Below, in pieces: positions 1-12,181 of a DNA stretch of 64,000 bases. A program made the position numbers and the translations under genes. The number at the start of each line of letters is the position of its first letter. Within the stretch, counting starts at the first letter, position 1. The stretch lies in contig CAXHJY010001472.1 in NCBI GenBank assembly GCA_964016885.1, positions 310,001 through 374,000 of the forward strand. The letters are read 5' to 3'. The DNA is from Eledone cirrhosa (Eukaryota). The notes below the pieces were generated by a model. The model ran no database searches, was not told the DNA's origin, and saw only the letters and a program-made list of their open reading frames with translations.

Positions 1-980
1 ATGAGATATGCAACTTTACCTGTCAGGTATGGCGGCCTTCGCCTCCAGTCCCCGATCTCACTAGCTTTGCCGGCATATCTTTCGTCGGTAACCTCGTACC
101 ACATCCTCTTCAGCAGGGTTCTTCAAAACACAACAGAACCCTCTGTGTTCAGAGAACGCGTGGCCGCCTGTGAGACGTGGGACCGGCTGGGACTTAGCCC
201 AGTAGACGTTCCTCCTCCTTCTCCCCCTGTTGACGTCAAGTCCCCCCCAACACACTTGGGATGCCATCCAGTGCAGCCTGGCCTCAGACAGGCTCACGTG
301 CCAGCTCGACCAGCACCGCCTTGTTTGTTTTCGTGCAGCCTCCAAACCCCACAGTGGGGCCTGGCTCCATGCCCTGCCCTCCTTCTCCACTCGCACGCAG
401 CTAGACAACAATAGCTTGCGCATCGGCGTTTCCCTGAGGCTCGGCCTCACACCAATGTCGCTGCCGTTCCACCATGGACTCTTTCGGCCTCCACCCGCAA
501 TCCACGCCATGCTGCCCTCAACGAAGTCATTAAGCATGGCTTGGACGCTGCAGGCTTCCCTTCCCAGCTCGAGGGGACGGCAAAAGGCTAGATGGCATGA
601 CCATCTTCCCGTTCCGCGGTGGCAAACCCCTCGTCTGGGATGCCACTTGCACCGACACTTTCTGCAGCCGCAACCTGGTGCAGTCTGCGACTGGCCCAGG
701 TTCTGCTGCACGTCAGGCTGAGGGGGCCAAACTCCTCACATATCGTTCACTCTCCGACAGGTTTGCGGTCGTACCCCTGGAAGTGGAGACTTCTGGTGTC
801 CTCGGCCCCAGGGCTACCTCCTTACTCACCACCATAGGCGCTGAGCTGGCCAGCCGCAGGTGTGAGCCCCGCGAGTTGGAGTGGCTTTTCCAGCGCGTCT
901 CCCTTGCCGTGCTCCGGGGAAACGCCTTCTCCATTCTGTCCGCCGGGGCTGTGGGTGGGTCCCATCGCGTACCGTTATGA
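1..980 (+). mobile_element. CRE-clade non-LTR retrotransposon, 3' part (post-RT, zinc knuckle, RLE), frameshifted; copy 1, cut by window edge
   Basis: Fragments ATLPVRYGGL, SGAWLHALP, HQCRC..H, RHAALNEVIK and R(L/P)DGMTIFPFRGGKPLVWDATCTDTF...VETSG...LFQRVSLAVLRGNA are typical of the CRE-type C-terminus. They are split across frames. Confidence 0.85.
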
Positions 981-1933
981 ATGTATACAAAACAACTAAA
1001 TCTCTTAAATAACTTCACTTATATCCAAAACATGATTTGTATATACATCAACAGTGACTCATTATTATACGCCAGTCACGACCCCACTGCAAAAACGATA
1101 TCTATATAACAACCCCACCGTAAAACTACTCTTCCCCACTTTACAAACACTTTATATTATTTGTCATTAAGGTTTCTTAAAATAAATATATATACGTATG
1201 TGTAGTAATTAGTACGGAGACTGAGAGAGAAGGGGCGAGTGTGTCTTCATGGAGGGCACATGGGACCAGCAAAGCCCTAAAAGTAGAGACCAGTAAATGA
1301 GATAAGGTCCTAGCTATGTTAAGAATATAAATAAGAAACATGTTCTATACATTTAAGAAGACAAGAGAAACATGTTCTAAACATTTAAGAAATAATTATT
1401 TACCTCTTTCATGTCGGTAATATAGCGGTGTTATAAAACTAATTATAACGACCGGTGTTAAAATAGAGAGAGATAGACAGATAAATGTGTGTCACACTCT
1501 CACCCTCTCTTTAAATCTTTTACTCTATCTACCTCTCATTTCTATCTGTGTATGTATGTATGTATCTGTCTATGTGTAACTCGGTGTACTGGAGCAATAT
1601 GAAGTGAAGTGTCTTGCTCAAGAAGACATTTTGTGGAGTTATATCATCGTTTCTTGTTATAAAGCTACTTATACTACCGGCGTAACAGTGGCTATAGGTG
1701 ATAGATGTAGAAATAAAAGGCTGTAACAGCGATATAAATATAGATGAAATAGTTTACCACGAGACTAAGAATGAATGTTTAATGGAATTAAGTGTAATCT
1801 AATAGGAAATAAGAGGCTAGAGCAGCGAAATGTTTACGTAAAATAAAAGAACAACAAACAAGAGTGCAACATTGAAATTTTTTTTTTTTTTTTTGTCGAT
1901 ATAAGCGTTATTTTATGCGCGATTTGCCTTGCT

Positions 1934-2018
1934 GCCGGCGCTGCTCAGTCAGTAGCAGCCCCGCTTACGAACTTCAGGAGCCAACGACTTTACATGGTTC
2001 GAATCTCACCCTCTCCGC
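1934..2018 (+). pseudogene. tRNA-like remnant or SINE head, present in every unit
   Basis: A-box-like GCTCAGTCAGTAGCAGC and B box GGTTCGAATCTCACCCTCTCCG. No complete cloverleaf. Also at ~7868, 28018, 37086, 46868 and 56589. Confidence 0.35.
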
Positions 2019-2787
2019 TCTTGTCGAGTTATCTCCTACTCTTTTTACTTAGTTCCAGGTCATTAAAATAGAGCAAAGAGGGCGCGGCGATCGGCATATG
2101 CACTGGCTACAATGTTGAACTTTGGTACTGACTGCGTAGTTGAACGTTCCACATACCAACCGCCCAACTGGCCAGTCAACCGCACATGCGGCTGGCTGGC
2201 CGGTTGGGTAGTTGGCATATGTACTGGCTACCATGCTGAACATTGTACTGACTGTCAAGTTGAACGTTCTAACCCTCTCTTTACATCTATTACTCTATCT
2301 ACCGCTTATTTCTCCCCCTCTCTTTACTTCTATAACTCTATCTCCCACTCTCTTTACATCTATTACAGTGTCTCCCTGTATATATACACGTATATATGCA
2401 CTAGATTTTATAAGAAATCTACGTAATAATATAATTAACAATAGTTGATGAATTAGACCAGAGTTAATTAAACAATAAATATGAATGAAATAGCAGTAGA
2501 TGGCGAAACTTGAGTGTTGTGTGTGCATACATATATATGAGGTAAACTGGTTCAAATACTGTCAGGATTATATTGGATCAAAGACTGTATTAAATAGAAA
2601 GTAAAAAATGAAGTGAAAATATAAAAACAAACTGAAAATTTCCCCATCCCTAAAAAAATTCATATCTTGTTATATATAGATAATTGGCGCTTTAAATTGA
2701 ATAAATATTCATTTATATATATATATATATGTATATATATATGTACACTGATATATATGTGTGTATATATATATGTGTATATATATA

Positions 2788-2832
<45 letters not shown>

Positions 2833-2834
2833 AT

Positions 2835-3387
2835 ATCAACTTCATCATACGTCCGCTTTTCCATGCTTGCAAGGGTGGGGTGGGAGCTGATTCTGGATTG
2901 GTTTCTACAGCTGGGTGCCCTTCCTGACGCCAACCCCGTTTGCAGTGAGTGCTGGGTGCTTTTTTTTTTCCGTGGCACCTCCACGTCAGCTTTACAGTGT
3001 GGGCTGGGTGCTTTTTTGCCGCGGCGCCTCCACGACCACTTTGCGGTGGGGTGGTGGGGTGGTATGTGTATACCCAGCCCATTGTCATTTGCCACACAGA
3101 AAAGCTTATAGCATCGTTCTTTACCCACGATGAATCTAGCAGACCCACCCCTCCACCTGGTCTCTTGAATACAACAAACATCGACCTCCTTACGTTCAAG
3201 CATTTCTACAACCTCGTTAGAGCCACCCTATAAGGTGCCTACATTAATGGTACCAACTCTGAAGTTTTGGATTGCGTTTGGAGGTTGGGAGCGGTGGGGA
3301 GCGGGGATGGGGTTAGGGTTAGCCATCCGCGGCCGAAACAAAGAGGAGGAGCCCTTGCATTCTCGTCCATGAGGTGGATTTGTCTTT
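2835..3387 (-). mobile_element. Internally deleted non-autonomous RTE derivative: APE-endonuclease N-terminus fused to a SINE-like 3' module and RTE tail
   Basis: Minus strand reads [40 protein letters not shown], then GTTGGCGTCAGGAAGGGCACCCAGCTGTAGAAA and CACCCTTGCAAGCATGGAAAAGCGGACGTATGATG. Truncated copies at ~8765-9102, 28915-29254, 37983-38320, 47742-48080 and 57490-57827; 5' piece at ~23430-23526. Confidence 0.8.
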
Positions 3388-3892
3388 ATGTATGTATATG
3401 TATATATGTATGTATGTGTGTGTATGTATGTATATGTATATATGAGTGTATATGTGTATATGTATGTATATGTATGTGTATGTATGTGTATATATGTGTA
3501 TATGTATGTGTTTGTATATATGTGTGTGTATGTATATATGTGTGTGTACGTATATATATATATGTATGTATGTGTATATGTATGTATATGTATGTATGTG
3601 TATGTATATGTGTGTATGTATGTATATATGTATGTATGTGTATATATGTATGTATGTATATGTATATATACGTGTGTATATGTATATATACTTATGTGTA
3701 TATGCTTATGTATGTGTATGTATGTATATTTATATTATGTATATATATATATCTATGTATGTGTATGTATGTATATATATGTATGTATATGTGTATGTAT
3801 GTGTATGTATGTATGTATGTGTATATATGTATGTATGTATATATATATGTATGTATATGTATATGTATGTGTATGTATATGTATATGTATAT
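3388..3892. repeat. Compound (TA/TG/TATG)n microsatellite
   Basis: Direct. A duplicate lies at 23527-24052. Confidence 0.95.
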
Positions 3893-4247
3893 GGAGGCAC
3901 ATGGCTTAGTGGTTCGAGCATTGGCCTGGCAATCGAAAGGTTGTGAGTTCAATTCTCAGACCGGGTGATGTGTTGTTTCCTTGAGCAAGACACTTTATTT
4001 CACATTGTTCCAGTTTACTCAGCTGTAGAAATGAGATGATAGGGACTGGGGTCCATATCATTCCACTGCAAAGTGGTCGTGGAGGTGCCACGGCAAAAAA
4101 GCACTCAGCACTCACTGTAAATGAGGTTGGTGTTAGGAAGGGCATCCAGCTGTAGAAATCAAGCCAGAATCAGTTCCCGTCCCACCCTTGCAAGCAGGGA
4201 AAAAGCGGACTTAAAACGAAATGATGATGATGATGATGATGATGATG
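3893..4247 (+). mobile_element. tRNA-derived SINE with RTE-derived 3' tail (Ceph-SINE-like)
   Basis: A box TGGCTTAGTGG, B box GAGTTCAATTC, body CCTTGAGCAAGACACTT, motif GTTGGTGTTAGGAAGGGCATCCAGCTGTAGAAA, RTE-type tail and (GAT)n. Confidence 0.85.
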
Positions 4248-4304
4248 TATGTATGTATGTGTATATGTATGTATGTATGTATGTATGTATATGTATGTAT
4301 GTGT

Positions 4305-4445
4305 ATGAGATGCAGTTTGGTTTTGTGCCGCTGAAAAGTGCAACAGATGCCCTCTTCTTAGTGAGACAACTACAAAAGAGGTTCTTAGAGAAAAATAAGC
4401 CACTATACTTAGCTTTGGACATAGAGAAGGCTTTTGATAGAGAAC
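4305..4445 (+). pseudogene. Short RTE RT fragment
   Basis: Translates EMQFGFVPLKSATDALFLVRQLQKRFLEKNKPLYLALDIEKAFDR. Also at ~24432-24570 and, truncated, at each unit start. Confidence 0.8.
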
Positions 4446-4519
4446 TCTTATAAATGACAACATATATATATGTGTGTGTATATATATGTTTTTTTTAAAA
4501 CTATATATTTATTACTCCC

Positions 4520-4825
4520 TTAAGCAGAAGAAATATATTCCCAGATATCGAAGATTACCACAATAACTAGGGAGCGGAAATCAATAGATGCTGGACATTG
4601 CTGCTGAGGGTAGGATGACCTGATGAGCTGGCTCCTGTGGTGGATACCTAAACATAGTAAGAGCCAAGTGGGATGACTGAGGTTCACCTACATACATCAG
4701 ATGTCTCTGGATCTCCAGCTGGAGATTAATGATCTCAGGAATGCCATGAAAAATCGTGACATCTAAAAAAGAAGAGTAGAATTGTTCTGGCCAATCCACC
4801 TGACCTAATAAACAATAATAATATT
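4520..4825 (+). mobile_element. Old decayed RTE-like LINE 3' end with (AAT)n-like tail
   Basis: Translates SKITTITRERKSIDAGHCC*G*DDLMSWLLWWIPKHSKSQVG*LRFTYIHQMSLDLQLEINDLRNAMKNRDI*KRRV, resembling RTE C-termini. Repeated at ~24645, 33725, 43475 and 53320. Confidence 0.7.
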
Positions 4826-4896
4826 AATATATATTGATGAAAATTAATTATGGTGAAATATCTTAGAAATCATTCTCAGAGGTTTTGTATTGTAAT

Positions 4897-6874
4897 CCAC
4901 ACTTGCTCCTTGTGGCTTCTGATGCAGACATCATGTCCGCCATCAGGTCCTTCCCAGCTAGCAGCTGCGGAGATGTTGATGGTCTCTGACCAGGCCTCCT
5001 CAAGGAGTTGATATCTCCCCTCTCCGCTGAGGCCGGGCGCCGCCTTCTGAGTGCAATTGTGGCGCTCACCAATAGGCTCATCCATGGCGCCCTGGACTCT
5101 TATGCTCGAGGCCTCTTTTTTTCGGGCAGCCTCACCGCTCTCAGGAAGAAAGAGGATGGCATACGCCCCATTGCTGTGGGCAATGTCTTCCGGAGGCTGG
5201 CTGCCAAGGTAATCTGCAAGTCCGTAACACTCGGAACCGGCATCCAGGGCCTCCAGCCACCTCATTGTCAAGTTTGACATGAGGAATGCCTTCAACTCTT
5301 TACGCTGGGATCATCTGCTCGAGGCCTGCCTCAGCCGAGCCCCCTCTGCCTACCTGTCATATGGAGCCCCAAGCATGCGCCATGCTGCTGATACGGTCAT
5401 ACCCTTGGCTACTGGGATCCAACAGGGCAACCCTTTGGGACCCCTCCTGTTCACCCTTGGTATTGACCACATCGCCTGGAGTATAACGGCCCCTCTCAAC
5501 GTTTGGTATCTGGATGATGCTACTTTGGGTGGGCCCGTACAGGCGGTCTGCCATGACCTTAAATCGGTGGTTCCTGCCCTGGCGGGAATCGACCTCCAGG
5601 TCAACTCAGCCAAGTCGGAGGTGGTGAATGTCAGCCTCGATGCTGCAAGCTTTGCAGTCTCCGTCTTGGACGTGCGGTCCATTCTCCGCCAGGTTCAGGT
5701 GACCCCCCAAAGAGGATGCCCTCACCGATCCACCCGCCGGCCATCCGCTCCTCCATCAAGTCCAGACTCTCACGAGCCGACTGGGCTTGATTGATGGCCA
5801 CCCAGTTCTCTTTCTGCTGAGGAACTGCTACGCCATGCCGAAGCTCCTCTATACACTCTGTGCTACACCTAAACTTGTATCCGAGCAGCAGCCGATGAGA
5901 TATGCAACTTTACCTGTCAGGTATGGCGGCCTTCGCCTCCAGTCCCCGATCTCACTAGCTTTGCCGGCGTATCTTTCGTCGGTAACCTCGTACCACGTCC
6001 TCTTCAGCAGGGTTCTTCAAAACACAACAGAACCCTCTGTGTTCAGAGAACGCGTGGCCGCCTGTGAGACGTGGGACCGGCTGGGACTTAGCCCAGTAGA
6101 CGTTCCTCCTCCTTCTCCCCCTGTTGACGTCAAGTCCCCCCCAACACACTTGGGATGCCATCCAGTGCAGCCTGGCCTCAGACAGGCTCACGTGCCAGCT
6201 CGACCAGCACCGCCTTGTTTGTTTTCGTGCAGCCTCCAAACCCCACAGTGGGGCCTGGCTCCATGCCCTGCCCTCCTTCTCCACTCGCACACAGCTAGAC
6301 AACAATAGCTTGCGCATCGGCGTTTCCCTGAGGCTCGGCCTCACACCAATGTCGCTGCCGTTCCACCATGGACTCTTTCGGCCTCCACCCGCAATCCACG
6401 CCATGCTGCCCTCAACGAAGTCATTAAGCATGGCTTGGACGCTGCAGGCTTCCCTTCCCAGCTCGAGGGGACGGCAAAAGGCTAGATGGCATGACCATCT
6501 TCCCGTTCCGCGGTGGCAAACCCCTCGTCTGGGATGCCACTTGCACCGACACTTTCTGCAGCCGCAACCTGGTGCAGTCTGCGACTGGCCCAGGTTCTGC
6601 TGCACGTCAGGCTGAGGGGGCCAAACTCCTCACATATCGTTCACTCTCCGACAGGTTTGCGGTCGTACCCCTGGAAGTGGAGACTTCTGGTGTCCTCGGC
6701 CCCAGGGCTACCTCCTTACTCACCACCATAGGCGCTGAGCTGGCCAGCCGCAGGTGTGAGCCCCGCGAGTTGGAGTGGCTTTTCCAGCGCGTCTCCCTTG
6801 CCGTGCTCCGGGGAAACGCCTTCTCCATTCTGTCCGCCGGGGCTGTGGGTGGGTCCCATCGCGTACCGTTATGA
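4897..6874 (+). mobile_element. CRE-clade non-LTR retrotransposon (RT + zinc knuckle + RLE), 5'-truncated and pseudogenised; copy 2
   Basis: RT motifs SFPASSCGDVDGL, GIRPIAVGNVFRRLAAK, DMRNAFNSL, GIQQGNPLGPLLF and WYLDD, then the RLE region. Multiple frameshifts and stops. Confidence 0.88.
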
Positions 6875-8626
6875 ATGTATACAAAACAACTAAATCTCTT
6901 AAATAACTTCACTTATATCCAAAACATGATTTGTATATACATCAACAGTGACTCATTATTATACGCCAGTCACGACCCCACTGCAAAAACGATATCTATA
7001 TAACAACCCCACCGTAAAACTACTCTTCCCCACTTTACAAACACTTTATATTATTTGTCATTAAGGTTTCTTAAAATAAATATATATACGTATGTGTAGT
7101 AATTAGTACGGAGACTGAGAGAGAAGGGGCGAGTGTGTCTTCATGGAGGGCACATGGGACCAGCAAAGCCCTAAAAGTAGAGACCAGTAAATGAGATAAG
7201 GTCCTAGCTATGTTAAGAATATAAATAAGAAACATGTTCTATACATTTAAGAAGACAAGAGAAACATGTTCTAAACATTTAAGAAATAATTATTTACCTC
7301 TTTCATGTCGGTAATATAGCGGTGTTATAAAACTAATTATAACGACCGGTGTTAAAATAGAGAGAGATAGACAGATAAATGTGTGTCACACTCTCACCCT
7401 CTCTTTAAATCTTTTACACTATCTAACTCGTACTTCTCACACTCTCTTTAAATCTTTTACTCTATCTACCTCTCATTTCTATCTGTGTATGTATGTATGT
7501 ATCTGTCTATGTGTAACTCGGTGTACTGGAGCAATATGAAGTGAAGTGTCTTGCTCAAGAAGACATTTTGTGGAGTTATATCATCGTTTCTTGTTATAAA
7601 GCTACTTATACTACCGGCGTAACAGTGGCTATAGGTGATAGATGTAGAAATAAAAGGCTGTAACAGCGATATAAATATAGATGAAATAGTTTACCACGAG
7701 ACTAAGAATGAATGTTTAATGGAATTAAGTGTAATCTAATAGGAAATAAGAGGCTAGAGCAGCGAAATGTTTACGTAAAATAAAAGAACAACAAACAAGA
7801 GTGCAACATTGAAATTTTTGTTTTATTTTCTCGATATAAGCGTTATTTTATGCGCGATTTGCCTTGCTGCCGGCGCTGCTCAGTCAGTAACAGCCCCGCT
7901 TACAAAGTTCAGGAGCCAACGACTTTACATGGTTCGAATCTCACCCTCTCCGCTCTTGTCGAGTTATCTCCTACTCTTTTTACTTAGTTCCAGGTCATTT
8001 AAATAGAGCAAAGAGGTCGCGGCGATCGGCATATGCACTGGCTACAATGTTGAACTTTGGTACTGACTGCATAGTTGAACGTTCCACATACCAACCGCCC
8101 AACTGGCCAGTCAACCGCAAATACGGCTGGCTGGCCGGTTGGGTAGTTGGCATATGTACTGACTGTCAAGTTGAACGTTCTAACCCTCTCTTTACATCTA
8201 TTGCTCTATCTACCGCTTATTTCTCTCCCTCTCTTTACTTCTATAACTCTATCTCCCACTCTCTTTACATCTATTACACAGTGTCTCCCTGTATATATAC
8301 ACGTATATATGCACTAGATTTTATAAGAAATCTACGTAATAATATAATTAACAATAGTTGATGAATTAGACCAGAGTTAATTAAACAATAAATATGAATG
8401 AAATAGCAGTAGATGGCGAAACTTGAGTGTTGTGTGTGCATACATATATATGAGGTAAACTGGTTCAAATACTGTCAGGATTATATTGGATCAAAGACTG
8501 TATTAAATAGAAAGTAAAAAATGAAGTGAAAATATAAAAACAAACTGAAAATTTCCCCATCCCTAGAAAAATTCATATCTTGTTATATATAGATAATTGG
8601 CGCTTTAAATTGAATAAATATTCATT

Positions 8627-8661
<35 letters not shown>

Positions 8662-9102
8662 GTACACTGATATATATGTGTGTGTATATATATATATATA
8701 TGTATGTGTATATGTGTACATATGTATGTGTATATATATACTAATATATATATATATATATCAACTTCATCATACGTCCGCTTTTCCATGCTTGCAAGGG
8801 TGGGGTGGGAGCTGATTCTGGATTGCTTTCTACAGCTGGGTGCCCTTCCAGACGCCAATCCAGTTTACAGTGAGTGCTGGGTGCTTTTTTTTTTTCCGTG
8901 GCACCTCCACGTCAGCTTTACAGAGCGGGCTGGGTGCTTTTTTGCCGTGGCGCCTCCACGACCACTTTACGGTGGGGTGGTGGGGTGGTATGTGTATACC
9001 CAGCCCATTGTCATTTCCCACCCAGAAAAGTTCATAGCACCGTTCTTTACCCACGATGAATCTAGCAGACCCACCCCTCCACCTGGTCTCTTGAATACAA
9101 CA

Positions 9103-10228
9103 GTGGTTTCACTAAAATAAAAATTAAATTAAATTAAATTAAATTAATTATATTAGATAAATAGACATTGGGGTTCTCACCAAAGATTTTCAGTTATTTC
9201 TAAGAGATGTAAAAGGAAAATTTAAAAAAGATTAATAGGACACATTAGACATGTCTCCAAGCAAGAATTGAACTTACAGACAAGGATCTCACCATCTCTG
9301 GTACTTCCCACTAAGCCACCAAGACTGCTACAAAGGTCTATTGAAAATTAATATTTATAAACCTACTTTCAAAATATAACTAATTTAATTAAAAATAAAA
9401 TAAAATAAATAGACATTGGCGTTCTCACAAAACTTTTTCAGTTCTTTTTTCTAAGAAATGTCAACGGAATATATATATATATATATTTTATTTTTAATTT
9501 TATTTTGAAAGTAGGTTTATAAATATTAAATTTCAGTACATCTTTGTATCAGTCTCGGTAGCTTAGTGGGAAGTACCAGAGATGGTGAGATCCTGTTCTG
9601 GGTGTTCAATCCTGGTCTGAGGGTTGAATTGGGGACTCAGGTTCAATCCTGGTCCATGAGATACATGTAAGGTGTCATGTTAATCTTTTATAATTTTCTT
9701 TCTATATCTCTTTGAAAAAGAGAACCCCTATTTATTTAATTATATTGAATTTAATTTTTTATTTTAGTTAAATTGTCGAAAACACTGAAGATCTAAAGGT
9801 TGAGGAGACAATATGTCTATTTTATCTGTCTCCTCTAACTTTAGATCACCAGTGGTTTTGACAATTTAACTAAAGTAAAATAAAATAAAATTAATTAAAT
9901 TATATTAGATAAATAGACATTGGGGTTCTCACCAAAGATTTTCAGTTTTTTCTGAGGAAAATTTAAAAAAAGATTAACAGGACACATTACAGCAATGATT
10001 GAACTCCCAGACCAGGATTGAACCTACAGACAAGGACCTCACCATCTCTGGTACTTCCCACTAAGCCGCCAAGACTGCTACAAAGGTCTGCTGATAATTA
10101 ATATTTATAAACCTAATTTCAAAATAAAATTAATGTTATTAATTTTATTTAAAAATAAAATAAAATAAATAAACATTGGGGTTCTCACAAAACTTTTTCA
10201 TTTTTTTTCTAAGAAATGTCAAAGGAAT
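9103..10228. mobile_element. Foldback (long palindromic) non-autonomous element: one half copy plus one near-complete copy
   Basis: Arm motif GATCTCACCATCTCTGGTACTTCCCACTAAGC alternates with its reverse complement. Palindrome centre at ~9815. Repeated at ~29254-29630 (750-bp deletion), 38320-39445, 48080-49203 and 57828-60238. Confidence 0.75.
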
Positions 10229-10253
10229 ATATATATATATATATATATATATC

Positions 10254-12181
10254 TCATCATCATCATCATCATCATCGTTTAACGTCCATATTCCACGCTT
10301 GCATGGGTTTGGACGGGAATTTTCCCACTTGAGGCAAGAGTGGTTGTCTTGCTCGCATAGGACTGTCTGGCGGGTTTTCTACAGCTGGATGCCCTTCCTA
10401 ACACCAACCGCATTTACAGTGTGGGACTGGGAGGTTTTTACCGTGTTACCTACACGGCCACATTACTGCGTGGACTGTGTTTTTTTTTTTTGTCGTGACA
10501 CCTACACGACCTCATTTGTTTCGGCCTGGATGTTGTGGCACCAACATAACTTTACATTGAAAGGGGCGGTGTGGATGGGGTGGGGGTGTATTTTGTTAGA
10601 GGTGCCTACTGACTGTAGTAGGTTTTACTTTGTATCTAGGTAAGGCGGGTCTTCTCTATTACTGAGTACCGCCAAAGATCTCGGTCCAGTGACATTGTCT
10701 TGGAGAGGTGTAAGTGTGTGAGGTCGGAATTTATCAAGTCGTCCCAGGTTTTTCTGGGTCTGCCTACTCCGTGGCTACCGTCTATCTTTATTGCCCTGCA
10801 TTTTTTTTATACAGCTGTCGTCTTTCATCCGCATCACGTGGACCATACCAACGTAGTCTTCTCTCGAGTACACAACATCTGATCCCTCTTATTTCTAATT
10901 TTTCCCTTAGTTCGTTTATGCTTTGCCGTTCACATATATTACTATTACACATCCAGCGAAGCATGCAAGCTTCGTTCCTCTCTAGTCTGCGTATATCCTC
11001 TGCACACAATGCCCAGGTCTCACTGCCATGCAACATTGCTGTTCATATGCAGGCATCATACAACCTGCCTTTCATTTTTAGGGAGAACCCTTTAGCGGCT
11101 AATAGTGGTATAAGCTCTCTGAACTTTTTCCATCCAGTTCTGACTCTAGCTACTGTACTTTCAGAGCACCCTCCCCCACTGCTGATTTTGTCACCCAGGT
11201 AACGGAAGCTGTCCACTATTTCTATAGAACCCTCTGCGCAATTGAAAGAGCTAGTATTTTGTGGGCACTTGCTGCTACTTATTGCACCAGAGCACCGGCC
11301 ACATGTAAAATCTATGTTCTTAGTTAGCTTACCTGTGATCCCACTACATCTTTTATGAACCCATACTTTGCATTTGGGACATAAAATGGAGTTTCTACCT
11401 ACGCCTTTCCTACACACTGAGCATGGCCATTTCCCGGAAGGGACCGGCGCCTTATTTTCTTTCCTACAAACTAGAACTTTAGTCTTAGCCAGGTTAATTT
11501 TAAGGCCTTCTGATTCTAGGCCTTGCTTCCATGTTTGGAATTTCTTCTCTAGCTCGGCCATTGATTCAGCTATGAGCGTTAGATCATCTGCGTATAGGAG
11601 TTCCCATGGGCAGCCGGTCTTGAACTCCACTGTTATAGCCTGAAGGGCAATAATAAATAGTAGGGGGCTAAGGACGGAGCCCTGATGAACACCAACTTTT
11701 ACGCTAAACTCTTCACTATATTCGTTGTTAATTCTAACCTTGCTGACTGTTTCTTTATACATGGCTCGTATAGCTCTCACAAGCCATTCCTCAACACCTA
11801 GTTTTCTAAGAGCCCACCAGATAATGGAACGGGGGACTCTGTCGAAGGCTTTCTCCAAGTCAACAAAAGCTAAGTATAGGGGTTTACTTTTAACTAGGTA
11901 CTTCTCCTGTAGTTGTCGTACAATGAAAAGAGCGTCTGTGGTACTTTTACCTGACACAAACCCGAACTGCATTTCATCTAGATCAATTCTCTCTCTGATT
12001 AGTTGCGCTATTACTTTTTCCGTGACCTTCATGACCTGGTCGATTAATTTAATGCCTCTATAGTTACTCCTATCTAGGGCATCTCCTTTACCCTTGTAAC
12101 AGTTAATGATGATGCTGCTACGCCAGTCCTTCAGAACAACCCCATTCTGTATGACTTGGTTTACTATCCGGGTGACCATTA
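10254..12181 (-). mobile_element. RTE-clade LINE, 5'-truncated, RT with internal PHD-type finger, extended 3' region and (GAT)n tail; copy 1
   Basis: NYRGIKL, QFGF, AFVDLEKAFDRV, GVHQGSVLSPLLF, LYADD, FRYLG, MLHGSETW, RRLRWYG. In-frame TGA at 11043 and a later frameshift. Tail reads (ATC)n on + at ~10254-10276. Confidence 0.93.

Noticed and set aside
61-1018. Antisense ORFs over the CRE and RTE elements
   Set aside because: Shadow ORFs of retroelement coding sequence with no recognisable motifs.
1934-2018. Functional tRNA gene
   Set aside because: Acceptor and anticodon stems cannot be formed; kept only as a low-confidence remnant.
3308-3323. Telomeric seed GGGGTTAGGGTTAG
   Set aside because: Under two units, inside the RTE 5' coding region, and not conserved in the duplicate at ~23450.
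3267-3968. Long Y/V/C/M/I/H/T-rich ORFs (also 12967-13727, 23513-24128, 32360-33166 and equivalents)
   Set aside because: These are translations of micro- and minisatellites, not genes.
4610-4692. Box C/D snoRNA-like (TGATGA...CTGA with terminal stem) or hammerhead-like CTGATGAG
   Set aside because: It lies in frame within a decayed RTE C-terminal coding remnant, and no GAAA follows the putative stem II.
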